NCBI RefSeq assembly: GCF_006345805.1 | Contig: NC_042997.1 | Span: 132,494,001 to 132,558,000, forward strand | Source of the DNA: Octopus sinensis | Lineage: Eukaryota | Length of the DNA: 64,000 nt | Reading direction: 5' to 3' | Shown: piece after piece, positions 38,826-53,045 of the stretch | Layout of the letters: every line of letters starts with the position of its first letter | Numbering within the stretch: the first letter of the stretch is position 1 | The notes under the pieces: model-generated | What the model was told of the DNA's origin: nothing | Seen by the model: the letters and a program-made list of their open reading frames with translations, nothing else | The model's database searches: none | Program-made: the position numbers and the translations under genes

Positions 38826-39215
38826 TTTTCTACTCTAGGCACAAGGCCCGAAATTTTTAGGGAGGGGTCCAGTCGATTAGATAGATCCCACTACACAAAT
38901 GGCACTTAATTTATCGACCCGAAAGGATGAAAGGCATAATCGACCTCGGCGGAATTTGAACTCAGAACGTAGCGGCAGACGAAATACCTGTATCTTTACT
39001 GCCCACAAGGGGCTAAACACAGAGAGGACAAACAAGGACAGACAAACGGATTAGGTCGATTACATCGACCCCAGTGTGTAAGTGGTATTTATTTAATCGA
39101 CCCCGAAAGGATGAAAGGCAAAGTCGACCTCGGCGGAATTTGAACTCAGAACGTAAGGCAGACGAAATACCTCTAAGCATTTCGCTTGGCGTGCTAACGT
39201 TTCTGCCAGCTCGCC
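38826..39215 (-). mobile_element. Two adjacent SINE family B copies
   Basis: Two occurrences of gacctcggcggaatttgaactcagaacgta (near 38942 and 39127). Confidence 0.8.
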
Positions 39216-39729
39216 TACTTACCACACAGCCATTCTTGTGCCAATACGTGGAAGACATTTGCCCAAGATGCCATGCAGTTAGACTTGAACCAGAAACCAC
39301 TTGGCTTGAAATCGAACTTTTTACCCTTAAAGCTGTGCATGCATTGTCGCACACTAATACGTAGGATTCCTTCTTTTAGCTTCGGTTATATTCTCATTTG
39401 TTGGTTTCCAATGATATGTTGCTACACTGTATGCACCGGGAATTCAATAGACAGCTTGCATCATCGATGTACTTTTAGTTAGTTCATCACTCTTGTATTT
39501 CCGGTATCACGTAGACCACTTATTTCGGTAGACAGTTTCCAACCCAAAAGCTAATTGGAACTATGATTTTCAGTCGGTTACAGACACGAATTATATACGT
39601 ATGTATGTACATACTTGCATAAATTCATAAACACATATAAAATTATAGATATACACACTGAAATGCACGTATGCATGCATACATAAATTCATACATACAT
39701 ACATACATTTATACATACTGATATACATA

Positions 39730-40105
39730 TTGGGCTGTACGGAAAGTTCGTGCCGATTTTTAAAGGAAAGAAAATGGTCAATAAATACTTGCCATTACAA
39801 TTTTAATCAACCAAATATGAACCATTTTGTTGCCCGATGCGTCTCCATCTTCCCTTTATCTTGAAAATACTCTCTTCCCAGAATTGAGGTGGTTACATGG
39901 CAAATAATTCATCAAGGTATCTTTTTACGTCATCCAAGGAATTGAAATGTTTACCATTAAGACTATTCTGTAGAGACCTGAATAAGCGGAAATCCGAAGA
40001 AGAAATATCTAGTGAATATGGAGGGAGGGGTAACACAGCCCAGCCGAGCTGCAGCAATTTTTGTCTGGTTCACAAAGCATCAAGTGCCGAAAATGAACTT
40101 TCTTA
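39730..40105 (-). pseudogene. mariner transposase C-terminal remnant with terminal repeat
   Basis: LLQLGWAVLPLPPYSLDISSSDFRLFRSLQNSLNGKHFNSLDDVKRYLDELF (YSPDL-like motif); TIR-like tattgggctgtacggaaagttcgtgccgatttt. Confidence 0.8.
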
Positions 40106-40407
40106 TCTTCCATTTTAACGGGTTACAGAATTATATATAATTTAAACATGAATTTTCTTCTTACATTTCACATTCACTAGACATATCTTTTTCCAAGTCT
40201 ATATGGTTTTATTTAAATTACATATCGTTATATACTTCTCATTTATATGGTTTTTTTTCTTTCCTTTACCCCTCCTCATTCTATAGGCTACCTTTGACAT
40301 TATATCCTCCAACGTTTTTTTAAAAAAACTTAATAGCGTTCAGTTCATCGCTTTACATTTCCATCATATTCTGTTAAAATGTCTTATTGACAAGTTTTAT
40401 TTCTTCA

Positions 40408-40494
40408 TTTCCCTGAAGAGAAGATTACATTGTTTTACACCATTTTATTCCTTTGGAATGATACCAGTGATATCTTCGAAACATGTGTCGGAAG
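40408..40494 (+). ncRNA. Canonical-core type I hammerhead ribozyme motif
   Basis: Stem I TTTCC/GGAAG, CTGAAGA 40413-19, stem II GAAGAT/ATCTTC, GAAA 40478-81, stem III ACATGTGT, cleavage triplet GUC (40487-89). Confidence 0.75.
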
Positions 40495-40805
40495 TAAAAT
40501 AATTTGAATAAAACCTGCGTTTAACTCCATTTATTCCTTTATATGCATATGTATATATGTATGCATGCATACGTATTAGTGTGCGCGTGCACATGCATAC
40601 TCTCGCACTTGCATGAGTATACATGCGTATAACAAGCATTAAAGATCGGTAATCGATGGTCCTGCTCATGGGGTTGGTTGGTGACGGTGACCTTGTGCAG
40701 GCAGTGCAGAGTAGCGGCTGGTATTAATGTGGTATACCCGGGTTGTCGGCAGCCAGTGGCTTGAAATTTACTACAAGTCAGCAATAAGGTAAATCGTATT
40801 TTTTG

Positions 40806-40888
<83 letters not shown>

Positions 40889-42619
40889 TCTGTATATACA
40901 CGAACGAATGCATTCAGTTTTGTCCCCCAAATGACTGAATAACGAAAAGTATTGAATGTTTGTTAAATGCTCTGCTTGTATTTCATGGATACTAACATGA
41001 AGTGCCTGCGTGCTTCATATTGTACCAGAAAGTGTGTGATCGGGGAAATATCATTAATGAATAGTTTTGGAAATTACACAAGCTGCCCAAGAGACCTCAT
41101 TAACTCTGGCTTATGCTGAAATTCCATCACTAATAAATCATATTATAGATGCTGTACACAAAATTGACAGTAGTTATCTCGTTATTCTACGGCTGTTTAT
41201 TCCTCTTGGATGCATTTGACATAGAAGTATATAAATATATAAATGCATATACATACATACATGCATAAATACATATATGCTTAAGCCCATTCTAAGGAAA
41301 AACGTAACTAAACTATTCTTAACTAACATACATACACACAACGTTTACATACGTAACTTGCGTGAAATGGATCTCCGTCAGTTTCGACGATTAGCTTCTA
41401 ATTGATCGTAGATGTAAATTTATTTACAGGTATATTCGACGCACGCCGACTTCAGTAGCGCATATTTAGTGGGGAATTGTTTTAGTGCATTAAATCAAGT
41501 ATTATAGGCCCAACCTCGCCTACAGGACTCGGAGAGTGGATTTTTGGAACATTTTGGGGAAGAAGAGTTTGGTACTCACTGAGTTAGCGTATTAGTGTCA
41601 CAGATATTATGTCAGATCACTTGTAAGGTATCTCATGGTAACTTGGATTTCCGTACGACCTGTTGCATGATAGGGTCGTCGGGGAATAAAGCGACACATC
41701 CACTAGACTTACCTAGTGATAAGATTTGCTAGAAACCTAGCAGAACTAAAAGCAAGACTTGTGAAAGCAACTGGTGAACCTAGCGTAGGTTCAGTGACTA
41801 TTTAGCAACAGTACCGGCCCTCAGATATTTTGGGTTGGAATCCAGCGTGCTGGAAGATCGCTGAGTGCGAGACATCCTTTTGTTTTCGTTAAAGCATATC
41901 TCTAGAATCAGACTGAAACCCAGGTTACGCTTGTTCCAATGATCTGCTGTGACTTGGTGAGCGATTCGTCTGCGACCGTCGACCATCGATGGCAAGATGA
42001 AGTGCTATTGATCACGCTATCCCAAAGTGTGTACGCATGTAATTGGGGATCACATGTGAACTTGTGTTCCCACTGAAATTCCGAACATTGACTCAACACT
42101 CCAGCATTCGTGAGGGAAGAGGTGAGTTGTTTGATCGGAGCCAGTTTAATTCATTCCGGGTGAATGCCGCCGTAACAAGTACAAATAGAATATTGTGTAC
42201 CCTTAACGTAATAATTTCCATACAGAATCAGTGTGATTCGGCGTGTAACGATGCTGGACACTTAAATTATCTCCATCTGACGAGCTTCTATGCAGTTTCC
42301 GAATACCCAGTTTAATTCATGAGGCTTGATTCAACTCAAATTTATCGTAAAAGTCTCTTGCTCAAGATCGACAGGTAAACTTCTTAACCATTCGGTCATA
42401 CTGCGTCTGTGTATTCATGGAGACACTAAGTTCATCAGCTGTTCATGTGATACAACAATGATTCCAGTATCTTTACCTAGTTTTATCCTGCAATATTAGT
42501 GTTATTAACGAATAACCTGCTTTATTTTTTGTCCCCAACCCCCACCAAATGAAAGAAAATTGAATTGTGAAGGTTAAAAGTATGTTGCTATTTATTATTA
42601 TTTAGCTCTGTTAAAGCAG

Positions 42620-45165
42620 ATGCGTAATTGAAAAACGGACTGAGAAAGAGTTGATAATGGCTATGGGTGATTTTAACGCAAAACTCGGAAACATTAATTT
42701 AGGATATGAAGCCATTATGGGAAAACATGGTTTAGGAAGCATGAATGCAAATGGCCAGTTATTTGCCGATTTTTGCGCAAATAACCAGTTGGTTATTGGA
42801 GGATCTTTATTTCCGCACAAAGACCTTCACAAAGCTACATGGATATCGCCAGATCTTAAAACGCAAAATCAGATCGATCATATCTGTGTAAGCTGCAAGT
42901 TCAGGAGATCACTGTTAGATGTTAGGGTAAAAAGAGGGGCTGACGCAGCCTCCGACCACCACCTACTATTTGGCAAACTGCAACTGAAGTTAAGGGTTTT
43001 AAAAGAGGAATGTAAGGTTCAACGAAAATACAATGTTGATTTACTAAAAAACGAAGACACCCAAATAAAATACAGAAAAGCATTATCATGCAAATTAATG
43101 CAAGTAAAAAGGATGCAAGGCAACACAATAGAACACACTTGGTTGAAAATTAAGGATGCTTCTATTTCATTATTAGAAGAATGTGTAGGGTGTGTAAACA
43201 AAAAGAATAAGACGTGGATATCACAAGAGACACTAACAGCCATAGGAGTACGAAAAAAGTTAAAGGAAAAATTATCGGCAAGCTTAGAAGTAGAGATAAA
43301 TAGATGTCAGGGAAATTACAACCAATAAAATAAGAAAGTAAAAAAAATAATTGAGAAGAGACAAGCGAAAATATTTCGAAAATTTATCAACAACAGAAAG
43401 TGCAGCTCAGCGCCAGAACATGAAAGAGCTGTACAAAACAACTAAATTACTATCGGAGAAGAGAGTAAGAGTAGAAATGGCAGTATAAGGGAAGGTTGAC
43501 CGGATGCTAACATCAATTCTAGAACAAAAAAAAAATCGATGGAAGGAGCATTTTAAAGATTTGCTTAATAGACTACCTCCAGACACAATAGCCAACATTG
43601 TGCCAAGAAATTTAGATCTTAACATCAACCTTGACCCACCGTCTAAGTTTGAAATAAGAAAGGCTATATAAATCCCTCAAGAATGGGAAAGCGGGAGTTG
43701 TAGACAACATTCCAGCTGAAGCAATGAAATCAGCTATAGAAATAGCGGTAGAAATGTTTCATCCATTATTTTCTAAGATATGGCAGGAAGAAAATGTGTC
43801 TAATGATTGGAAAGAGGGACTTATCGTAAAATTGCCAAAAAAAAGGTGATTTAAGCATTTGCGGAAATTATAGAGGGATTTTGCTAATATCGACTCCCGG
43901 AAAAGTTTTTAACAGGATACTTTTAGAGCGGATGAGGACAACAGTTGACAAATTGTTGCGTAAAGAACAAGCCGGATTTAAGAAGAACCGTTCATGTGTA
44001 GATCAAATCGCCACTCTTCACATCATCTTAGAGCAAAGCGCAGAGTGGAATGCGCCGCTTTATATTAACTTGGATTTCGAAAAAGCATTTGATAGTGTAG
44101 ATAGGGAAGGCTAATGGAAAATTATGCAGCACTACGGCTTACCAGACAAGTACATACCTATAATAAGAGCAACTTACCAAGGAATGTCATGCCGAGTTTT
44201 GCATGGAAAAATATACGGATAAATTCGAAGTAAAAACAGGAGTTCGACAGGGCTGTATACTTTCTCCTTTTTTTTATTTCTACTACTTATAGATTGGATT
44301 ATGAAGGAAACTACGATTGAAAGCCAAACAGGCATTGAATGGACGGGTGCAGAAGCTCTAGAAGATCCCGTCTTTGCAGATGGTATAGTGCTCCTTTCAC
44401 AAACATATAGCCAAATGCAAAATAAAACGTCAAAATTAGAAGCAATAGCTGCCAAATTAGGATTGAAAGTCAACCGCGACAAATCAAAAATTATGCGCGT
44501 TAATCAAGAAAACAGCGAACGTATTAAACTAGAAACCGGCGAACTAGAGGATGTAGCCGAGTTTACGTATTTAGGTAGTAAGATAACGTTTTCAGATGGT
44601 ACCGACGAAGATATTAAGATGAGAATAAGTAAGGCAAGGACCGCTTTTCACCTGTTAAAAAAAAGTATGGAGCGCAAGTGTAATTTCAATAAAGAACAAA
44701 ATAAATTTTTTTAACACTAACGTAAAAGCGGTGTTATTGTATGGGGCTGAGACATGGTGAATAACAGTTAAGTCAAATAAGCAAATACAATCATTCATCA
44801 ACAGATGCTTGCGTAGTATACTTAAAATTAGATGGCCTGAACACATAAGCAATATGGAGCTATGGCAAAGAACAAATCAAGTTTCGATTAGGGAGCAAAT
44901 ATTTAAGAAAAATTGGAAGTGGATTGGTAGCACAATTAGAAAAGTCACACCAAATGTAGCGAAAAGTACTTTACAGTAGAATCCGGATGAATATAGAAAG
45001 AAAGGTAGGCCTAAGAACTCGTGGTGTAGATCAACACAAAAGGAACTAGAGAAAGGGGGACATTCATGGAAGAGTATAAGTACAGAAGCGAAAAATTATG
45101 CGACATGGAATTCAACTATAAGTGGGCTATACTCCACGTTGGAGGGTTAAAGGCAGAAAAAAAGG
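42620..45165 (+). pseudogene. Decayed RTE-clade LINE (APE endonuclease C-terminus + RT + 3' end)
   Basis: MGDFNAKLG..HKATWISPD..NQIDHI..SDHHLL; NYRGILLISTPGKVF..EQAGFKKNRSCVDQI..LDFEKAFDSVDRE; GVRQGCILSP; FADG (catalytic YADD altered); multiple stops and frameshifts. Confidence 0.92.
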
Positions 45166-45424
45166 CAGATGACGATCAAATGATTTTATGACGCGATTAT
45201 CTCATCCGTTTGTATAGCAAAGAAAACACGGTCTAATATATAGTTATTTAAAAGTGTATGTTGTGAAATGAAGCTGCTTTGGCAGCTGCTTCTAGCAGGG
45301 TGAAGGACTACGTTGAGACTTCTTCGTTGTTCTGTAATGAGGCACCTATGATATGAAGCTGTATGAAGAGCACTTACTGAGGCAGTTCTATGCAATGATT
45401 TTTTAAGTATTATTTTGTATTTAT

Positions 45425-45720
45425 TTATGCGCCCTATTCATGCTCATGGGCCCGGTTTCCCGGTTTCTGTGGCGTATGTGTTCCCCCCCAGCTGGACGGG
45501 ACGCCAGTCCATCGCAGCGTTACCCAAGAAACAGGAAGAAAGAGCGAGAAAAAGTTGGGGCGAAAGAGTACAACAGGGGTCAACACCACCCCAAACCGGA
45601 GCCTCGTGGAGCTTTTAGGTGTTTTCGCTCAATAAACACACAACGCCCACTGTTGAGAATCGAAACCGCGATCCTCCGACCGCGAGTCCACTGCCCTAAC
45701 CACTAGGTCATTGCGCCTCC
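45425..45720 (-). mobile_element. tRNA-derived SINE family C
   Basis: ggaggcgcaatgacctagtggttaggg (A-box)...ggtttcgattc (B-box); 3' part gatggactggcgtcccgtccag...gaaaccggg. Confidence 0.75.
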
Positions 45721-46311
45721 TATTTTTCAGATAGACCCACGATACTCTACCTGGCTGTTATTGGAAGTAAGAAACATAACAGAACAAAAATAGATTAGAA
45801 CTGAAATGCGGAAAAACATGTGTATGCACTTCAGTCAGCTGTAAAACGAATTATACGCTTACGATTGATGTAGCAACTCTTATTGTAGCATCGAGTCTTC
45901 TTAGACAACAGAGTGACATAAACAATAAAGTTCTTATTGTTTTGACCATATTGCATTGATACTTTTAAACAATAGCAAGGATGTATTTGTTTAGACCACA
46001 AAGAACATGTTTTCGGAATATGCTTCAACAATACATACCTTCCACTCCTGAAGCAGATACAGTGTCACATTCTATCGTTTAAGGTTGAATGGTGATGTAG
46101 TTGCGTCATATACCGAAATCGGATGTTCTTCATTAGCTGTCCTTGTTGGGTAACAGACTTAATCCGTCGCCTGGCCTAACACCACCGCCAAGTTATTAAG
46201 TTCCTTAACGGGGTCCATTAAGGTCGGCATCATCGGTCTGAGGATACCTTCCTTCCTTCCTTCCTTCCTTCCTTCCTTCCTTTCCTTCCTTCCTTCATTC
46301 CTTCCTTCTAC

Positions 46312-46381
<70 letters not shown>

Positions 46382-46384
46382 TTA

Positions 46385-46453
<69 letters not shown>

Positions 46454-46473
46454 TATATATATATTATATATAT

Positions 46474-46515
<42 letters not shown>

Positions 46516-46689
46516 TATATATAAACAACCAATTTCAGAAGCTCGGCAAAGGTTCGCAAACACTGCCCTTTCCTCCCGACAAGAAACACCAGAAATAAAT
46601 TTGTGTCACTTTTCAGCTACATCCAACCATCTTTTCTACTCATTCCTAGAAATGTCATTATGGTAGAGTCCTTAGGCACCTCCGTAGGT

Positions 46690-47230
46690 TCTTAACAGAA
46701 GTAACCATCATTACAATTTCCTACTGGATTCATAAGCTTGACCAACCGAGACTATAGACATTCTTGGTCTATTCCTAGGTCTTCTGTCGGTCGGCTCAGA
46801 ATGAAGAATTCGTCTTGCGATTCTTTCCGGCGACATACTAATCACATCGGAAGCTGTAACTCGTTAGTGCGGAGAAGTAGTGGCTCGACCTGGAGAGAGT
46901 GACTCCTTTGTGTTTGAACTACGCTCCTTGTCTTGTAACGTTACACCAGAGATTCATCGGTGGAACACCATTTCGGCCGCAGCTATTACTCAGCATTAAC
47001 GACCACTTTGAACTGATTATACTTATTACTTGCACGATCTGACCGTCACTAATTTCCTCATTTTTTACTATTTGCTCAAGGACAACGTTGATGGCAATGA
47101 TGTTATGTTGGTAATCAATGTTGTTAGTTTCATATGTAGAGCGAATTAAAACTTCTTTGATGTTTAAACCGGTTTTGGATTCGGCTGACTGCAGCCCTCG
47201 TGAAGCAAACAATGTTATTTTTAATGTAAA
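46690..47230 (-). pseudogene. RTE-clade LINE 3' relic (second family)
   Basis: Frames give AAEMVFHR*ISGVTLQDKERSS, LQVEPLLLR and VISMSPERIARRILHSEPTDRRPRNRPR, matching RTE C-terminal motifs. Confidence 0.7.
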
Positions 47231-47242
47231 AACAGCAGCCAC

Positions 47243-47630
47243 AGGAGTGGCTGTGTGGTAAGTAACTTGCATAACAACCACATGGTTCCGGGTTCAGTCC
47301 CACTGCGTGGCACCTTGGGCAAGTGTCTTCTACTATAGCCTCGGATCGACCAAAGCTTTGTGAGTGGATTTGGTAGACGGAAACTGAAAGAAGCCCGTCG
47401 TATATATATATGTGTGTGTACGCGTGTGTGTGTGTGTGTGTGTATGTGTATGTTTGTATCTGTGCTTGTCCCCGCAACATCGCTTGACAACCGATGCTGG
47501 TGTGTTTACGTCCCCGTAACTTAGCGGTTCGGCAAAAAGAGACCGGTAGATTAAGTACTAGGCTTTCAAAGAATAAGTCCTGGGGTGCTCCAGCATGGCC
47601 GCAGTCAAATGACTGAAACAAGTAAAAGAG
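47243..47630 (+). mobile_element. SINE family A, near full length
   Basis: Complete head, microsatellite and hairpin tail. Confidence 0.9.
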
Positions 47631-47949
47631 TGTATGTAAGGAATAACTGTGACACACTTGAAAGTTTACTACATAACGAGTAGGGAAGTATCGGAACGTT
47701 AAATGTCCTCTTTTTTATGTTTGAATGATTAAAAAACAAAAATGAAATATCGAGGCAGCCTCTATCTGGTCGCTTGGTTTGTTAGAAATAACAGCGAAAT
47801 CTACCACAAATTGCACATTACTGTCTTCATAAAATAACGACACATTAAATACTGTAAGCCTAGATATACAACGTCTCAGAAAAAACACGATGATTGTCAT
47901 AGCATGAATGTCACTTTTGATAGTTGAACGGCTCGATCAGTGCTAGGCC

Positions 47950-48400
47950 ACCACCACCACCACCACCACCACCACCACTCTACAGTAAGTGAAGTGTTGA
48001 CGACGACGACGACGGTGTTAATGTTGATGATGATGGGTGGGATACTGTTTTTGTTTGTAGGGATGAGAACGATGACGATGGTTATGGTGGTGGCGGTTAT
48101 GATTATATTGACGACGACAACGATGACGATGACAGCGACCATGATAGCGATGATCAGCAATATCATCTTCATCCGCTTCATCCTCTTCATCGTCATAAAC
48201 ACCATCACCAACACTACCACGACCACAACCAGCACTAGCACCACCACCACCACCACCACCGTTATCGTTATCGTCGTCGTCGTCGTCGTGTTCGTCGTCG
48301 TCGTGTTCGTCGTCGTCGTGTTCGTCGTCGTCGTGTTCGTCGTCGTCGTGTTCGTCGTCGTCGTCGTGTTCGTCGTCGTCATCATCATCATCATCATCAA
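47950..48400. repeat. Compound trinucleotide/15-mer repeat (CAC, GAC/GAT, gtgttcgtcgtcgtc)
   Basis: Directly visible; explains the homopolymeric ORFs. Confidence 0.9.
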
Positions 48401-49608
48401 CTGTGTAGCGAATTATGCAGAGCAGAATGTTAAATGTTTACAAAATAAAATTAAAAACGATTAGACAATAATAGACGAAACCGCTCCTTTTCAATTTCCC
48501 CAATCCAAACATGGATATATCCATGGTATGTATTATGGCTTTCCTTTTGAGGATCCTGTCTCAACATGCCCAAGCAATTATACGAATATTCAATTCGTGT
48601 TCATTTAATCAATAGAATCGAATAAGAGAATAAATACATGCTTTGATAAACAGCTAAACATGAGAAAGGTCTGCCAGATTTGTTGTTTATGTTTATTGAG
48701 AAAAGAGAAAAGAAATGAACAGAAACAATAGAAAAATATAAGAGTATATACCCATTTTCTTAATAACTACAACAATACAAAGTATGGAATTGAATGGAAA
48801 TTCTAATAACATTCTAATAGAAGCCATTATTGTCGGGAAATTACAAAAGATAAGAAATAAATATTGTAAAAAGCAAAACTTTAAATCAACTCAGAACCAT
48901 AGATATTCAATTTGGCTTTTCATCTTAGCTGTTTCCTGTTTTCTTTTTATTTTATTTGTGTAAAAGAAAAAGGTATTAACGATAATTAATTTTCAGTAAG
49001 TTATTATTTTTTTTTCCGTTAGAGATAAATTAAAAAAAAATTTTCATCTATTAATATTTTATTTTGATTACTTTTTTTTTCTTCCTGAGAGACAGATAAA
49101 CAAATACCGTTAGATTAACCAACATATTCGTCTGGATAGCTATGAGCAGAAGAGGAGTACAAAGGTATGAAGCAGGCGGCTAATGTGTAGGGCCAATAAA
49201 AACAATAAAAATTTTCATATTGAATTATGATTAGAGCAAGATAATGTAGAATGTGTACCCAAATATGATTCTCACTCTCTCTTTCTCTCTCAATCTTTCT
49301 CTCTCTCTCTCCCTTGCTCTTTCTCTTTCCTTGTGTTTCGTTATGAAAGTGTATGTTTGAATATCGAAAATATTGATTAATGTAATACGCAACAGCAAAT
49401 CAATTATTTGAGAAAATTTCTACGGATAATTTGCTGACTACAATGATTGAATTAAAACAATAACAAAACACGTCAAAATACAGTTGTTTCTTTAATTAAT
49501 TAGTACGATGGGAGCATCTCCCATAACTTTTGTTGTCCTCAACTTGTGGAATCGATGATTTTGATACTCAATATGGTATTTTCTAGGTCGTCATTATTAG
49601 GACAATTA

Positions 49609-50021
49609 CCGTAAATCCTCGAGTATAATCCGCATTTTCCCCCAAAATTTAAAGGTCAAAATCTCTAGTGCGTATTATACACGAGGTTAAAAATGAAAAT
49701 TATTTTCTAAGCAATGTCCGAGTGTCTATTTGCTGTCCGGCAATGTTTATTCTGATGCATTTTGTGATGTCGGGCGCGAAAATACCTTAAGCTAAGCGTG
49801 AAAGCAATGAAGTCACGTTTGCATCATGTTATATATACAATAGTAATAAAGGACGTTACCGTATACAGTTTTACAAACCAAGGACGTTATATAGACCTCC
49901 TTGACTCAAGTTAGAGAAGGGGTGCGTATTATACACAAGGTTTAGGTTTTTCAGAGGTACAGCCCCCTAAAAATCCCCTGCGTATTATACTCAAGGGCGG
50001 ACTATACTCGAGGATTTACGG
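49609..50021. mobile_element. Complete pogo/Tigger-type MITE with TIRs and TA target duplication
   Basis: TA-ccgtaaatcctcgagtata ... tatactcgaggatttacgg-TA. Confidence 0.9.
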
Positions 50022-50946
50022 TATTGACTTGTGGTGGGGAGTTTCTAAATGGTTAACATCTTGTTTTGCACAAGATCTGCAAGAAGAAATATTTTAGGCG
50101 ACGAGAGAAGTAAAGGCAGGCACTGTATAGGCGGAATTGTTAGTTCAGAGGAACAAAGATGAGGCCGCTTACGGCAGCCAGCGCGTTTATGAGTCAACGG
50201 TTTTTGCTACACGTCAACAGCAAATGATAACCACGACCACGGCGTCCGCGCTATCCTACGTGCTTGTTCTCTCACGCACTTGCTCTCCCACGCGCCTGCT
50301 TTCCAACGCGCTTGCTCTCCCAGTGGGGCATTTGACAAATTCGTCGTATGTGGCCAGCATACGTGAGGGTCGTGGTGAACTCGATGGTCGGAGCCGGCTG
50401 AACCTCCACCCCGGGCGAATACCGCTAGAGGTATGAGTAAGTAGTTGTATAATAGAGATTTTATAATCGATCGACCGATAGCATGTAGGTGAGAATGCTG
50501 TGTGTATAACAATCTCAGATAAGTCATTAATACACCAATGATTGCCTTCATCTAGCTTTCTATAGGATCAGCAACTGACTGAGCCGAAGTATTCCCAGGT
50601 TTTGAATAAGCGGTCATCGGTGTCAGAAACGATCGTCATAGTGAGACATGGTGTCTATAATGAGGAGATAAGTTTAATCGTATGCTGATCATAGATATTA
50701 AGATGGAGGACAAGATTATTGTGATGTTGTATTGGTACTGTTGAATAATATTAGGTTGTTATATTTCCACTGGTATATGGTTTTGAGATGCTGGAAGTGA
50801 GGCTGAACGAGCAGTAGTTTGCATGGTCCATGCTCTAACAGGTTGCATTACTTTGGAATGGGACACACTGTTTCATGTGCAAATAGACTGAGATAGATTC
50901 TTGGGGGAAAAGAATGGGAAAGAACGAAAAGGATAGAGATATAGAG

Positions 50947-50992
<46 letters not shown>

Positions 50993-51077
50993 ATAGGGAG
51001 AGAGAAATAGAGAGAAAGAGAGAGAGAGAAATGGAATGGGGAACATTTTTTTGAGGATAACTGCATGTTGTGGTATA

Positions 51078-51240
51078 CCGTATTTTTTCGCATAAAAGAC
51101 GTCCATAAAAGACGCACAATAAATGGAGCAACATATAACCAGGAAAAAAGACTTTACTTCCTTAAAGCACGTATCTAGGCCCAACAGCCTATATAGGACC
51201 TGGGATGAATTTTGGGGAATTTTTTTCTTCTGTGTTATCA
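51078..51240. mobile_element. Partial pogo/Tigger-like element end
   Basis: taccgtattttttcgcataaaagacg resembles CCGTA-type TIRs; single end only. Confidence 0.4.
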
Positions 51241-51572
51241 AATAAGGTACCTTATTGTCTTCTGTGTTATCAAATAAGGTACCTTATTTGAGGGCAATAG
51301 AAAGGGCATACGTGCGATTGTTGCGTTGGAACGATTAGTGAAGCTTTCTCACGTGGTGCTGAGATAGATGTAGAAGTAGAGTTTAAAAGGTCCCATCTTT
51401 TGTGCATGTGTGTGTAAAGTATAACAAGAAACACACACACGCGCACACACATACACGCGTATGCATGATATCTGTATACCTACCTACCTACCTACCTACC
51501 TACCTACCTACATACATACATACATACATACATACATACATACATACATACATACATACATACATACATACA

Positions 51573-51606
<34 letters not shown>

Positions 51607-51607
51607 G

Positions 51608-52260
51608 GCTATGTCATGTTTCTGTGGAAGACATCACGCATATAACTAGCAGCTGTCCTAAAATGTCGTCATGGTACTACCTCCCTGTGCGGCACGATGT
51701 TGTTGCTAAAATAATTTATAATGCCATGTGCAAAAAAGACCGTCCTGAAATAAACTTAAAAAATCCCCTATTATAGAATACATTCATAAACACCAACTCA
51801 AGGAATATTGGTGGAATATTCCCATCAAAACCTCTGTCAAACTAAAAATAACAGGTCGAATATTGTTGTTTGGGACAGAGGGCAAAAGTATGTACCGTCA
51901 TAGACGTCAGCTGGCCTGCGGATATAAATGACTCTTTGAAAATCAAAGAAAAAGATATCTATGGACAACTGCTTCGAAACCTCCAGACTATTATTCATAT
52001 TCATACTAATAATAATTAGAGCACTAGGTTTTGTTAGTAAATGCTTAAAGGAGAATCTGGATAAAGTGGGATTCTCAGAAAGAGGAAATCGACCGGCTAA
52101 TTCGTACATTACAAGTGGAACAGTAAAAAATATGCAAGACTTTTCTGAAGTCCCAAATGTGAATCTGTCTGTGTTAACTACATCCTAAAAGAGGGAGCCT
52201 TGTGTCTTTGTTGGAAACCGGCTCCCTTCTCAGTGGAAGAGCTATAATAATTCAAAATTA
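51608..52260 (+). pseudogene. R4/Dong-like 3' fragment flanked by (ACAT)n
   Basis: LCHVSVEDITHITSSCPKMSSWYYLPVRHDVVAK..EYWWNIPIKTSVK..VIDVSWPAD..YGQLLRNLQ; 3' UTR gaaaccggctc shared with 18610-19625. Confidence 0.8.
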
Positions 52261-52499
52261 GCAGAGACATACATACATACATACATACATACATACATAC
52301 ATACATACATACATGCATACATACTTACTCATACTCAGAGAGAGATTTAGGGAGAGACTTACAAAACAACTTTTACTAAAATTGAACAGTAGACGAGAAA
52401 TTGCTAGTATTACAATTTCCGTTGTAGATATGAAATTTGAGACATAAAGCAACGGATACATCACCTCCACCTTCTCCACCCAGCACACAAATATGTCTT

Positions 52500-53045
52500 T
52501 TACCTTTTATCTTTCATTTGTTTCTGTCTTTAGACTGCCGCCATGCGGATGTACCAGTATCTCTTGTTTTTAAGCCTGGTATTTATTCTATCATTCTCTC
52601 TTTGCCGATCTACTAATTTACAGGGACGTAAACACACTAATACCAATTGTCAGGCAGTGGTGGAAGGACAAACAGAGGCACAAAGACACAGACACACAGA
52701 CACACGTACACACATACACATGTGCACACATACACATGCACACAATACGCTCACACACACACACACACATACACAGGTACACACGCACACATGCATACAC
52801 AATACGCTCACACACATACACACGTACACACACACATGCACACACAATACGCTCACACACACACACACAAACACACACACACGCACGCACACATATGATA
52901 GGCTTCTTTTAGTTTCTCTCTACCAAATCCATTCACAAGACTTTGGCTGGTTCGAGGCTACACTAAAAGACCCTTGCTCAAGTTGCCGCACTATGGGACT
53001 AAACCCGGAAGAATGTGTCTGGGAAACAAACTTCTTACCATGCCT
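52500..53045 (-). mobile_element. SINE family A, degenerate, with expanded central (CA)-rich repeat
   Basis: Recognisable tail, core and head segments. Confidence 0.7.

Noticed and set aside
41700-42000. Possible further RTE 3' relic
   Set aside because: Similarity too weak to support without an alignment.
46919-47281. 120-aa ORF resembling an adhesion-GPCR GAIN helix region
   Set aside because: Adjacent frames carry RTE RT C-terminal motifs (AAEM.F.R, VEPLLLR, RRPR.RPR), so it is a LINE relic.
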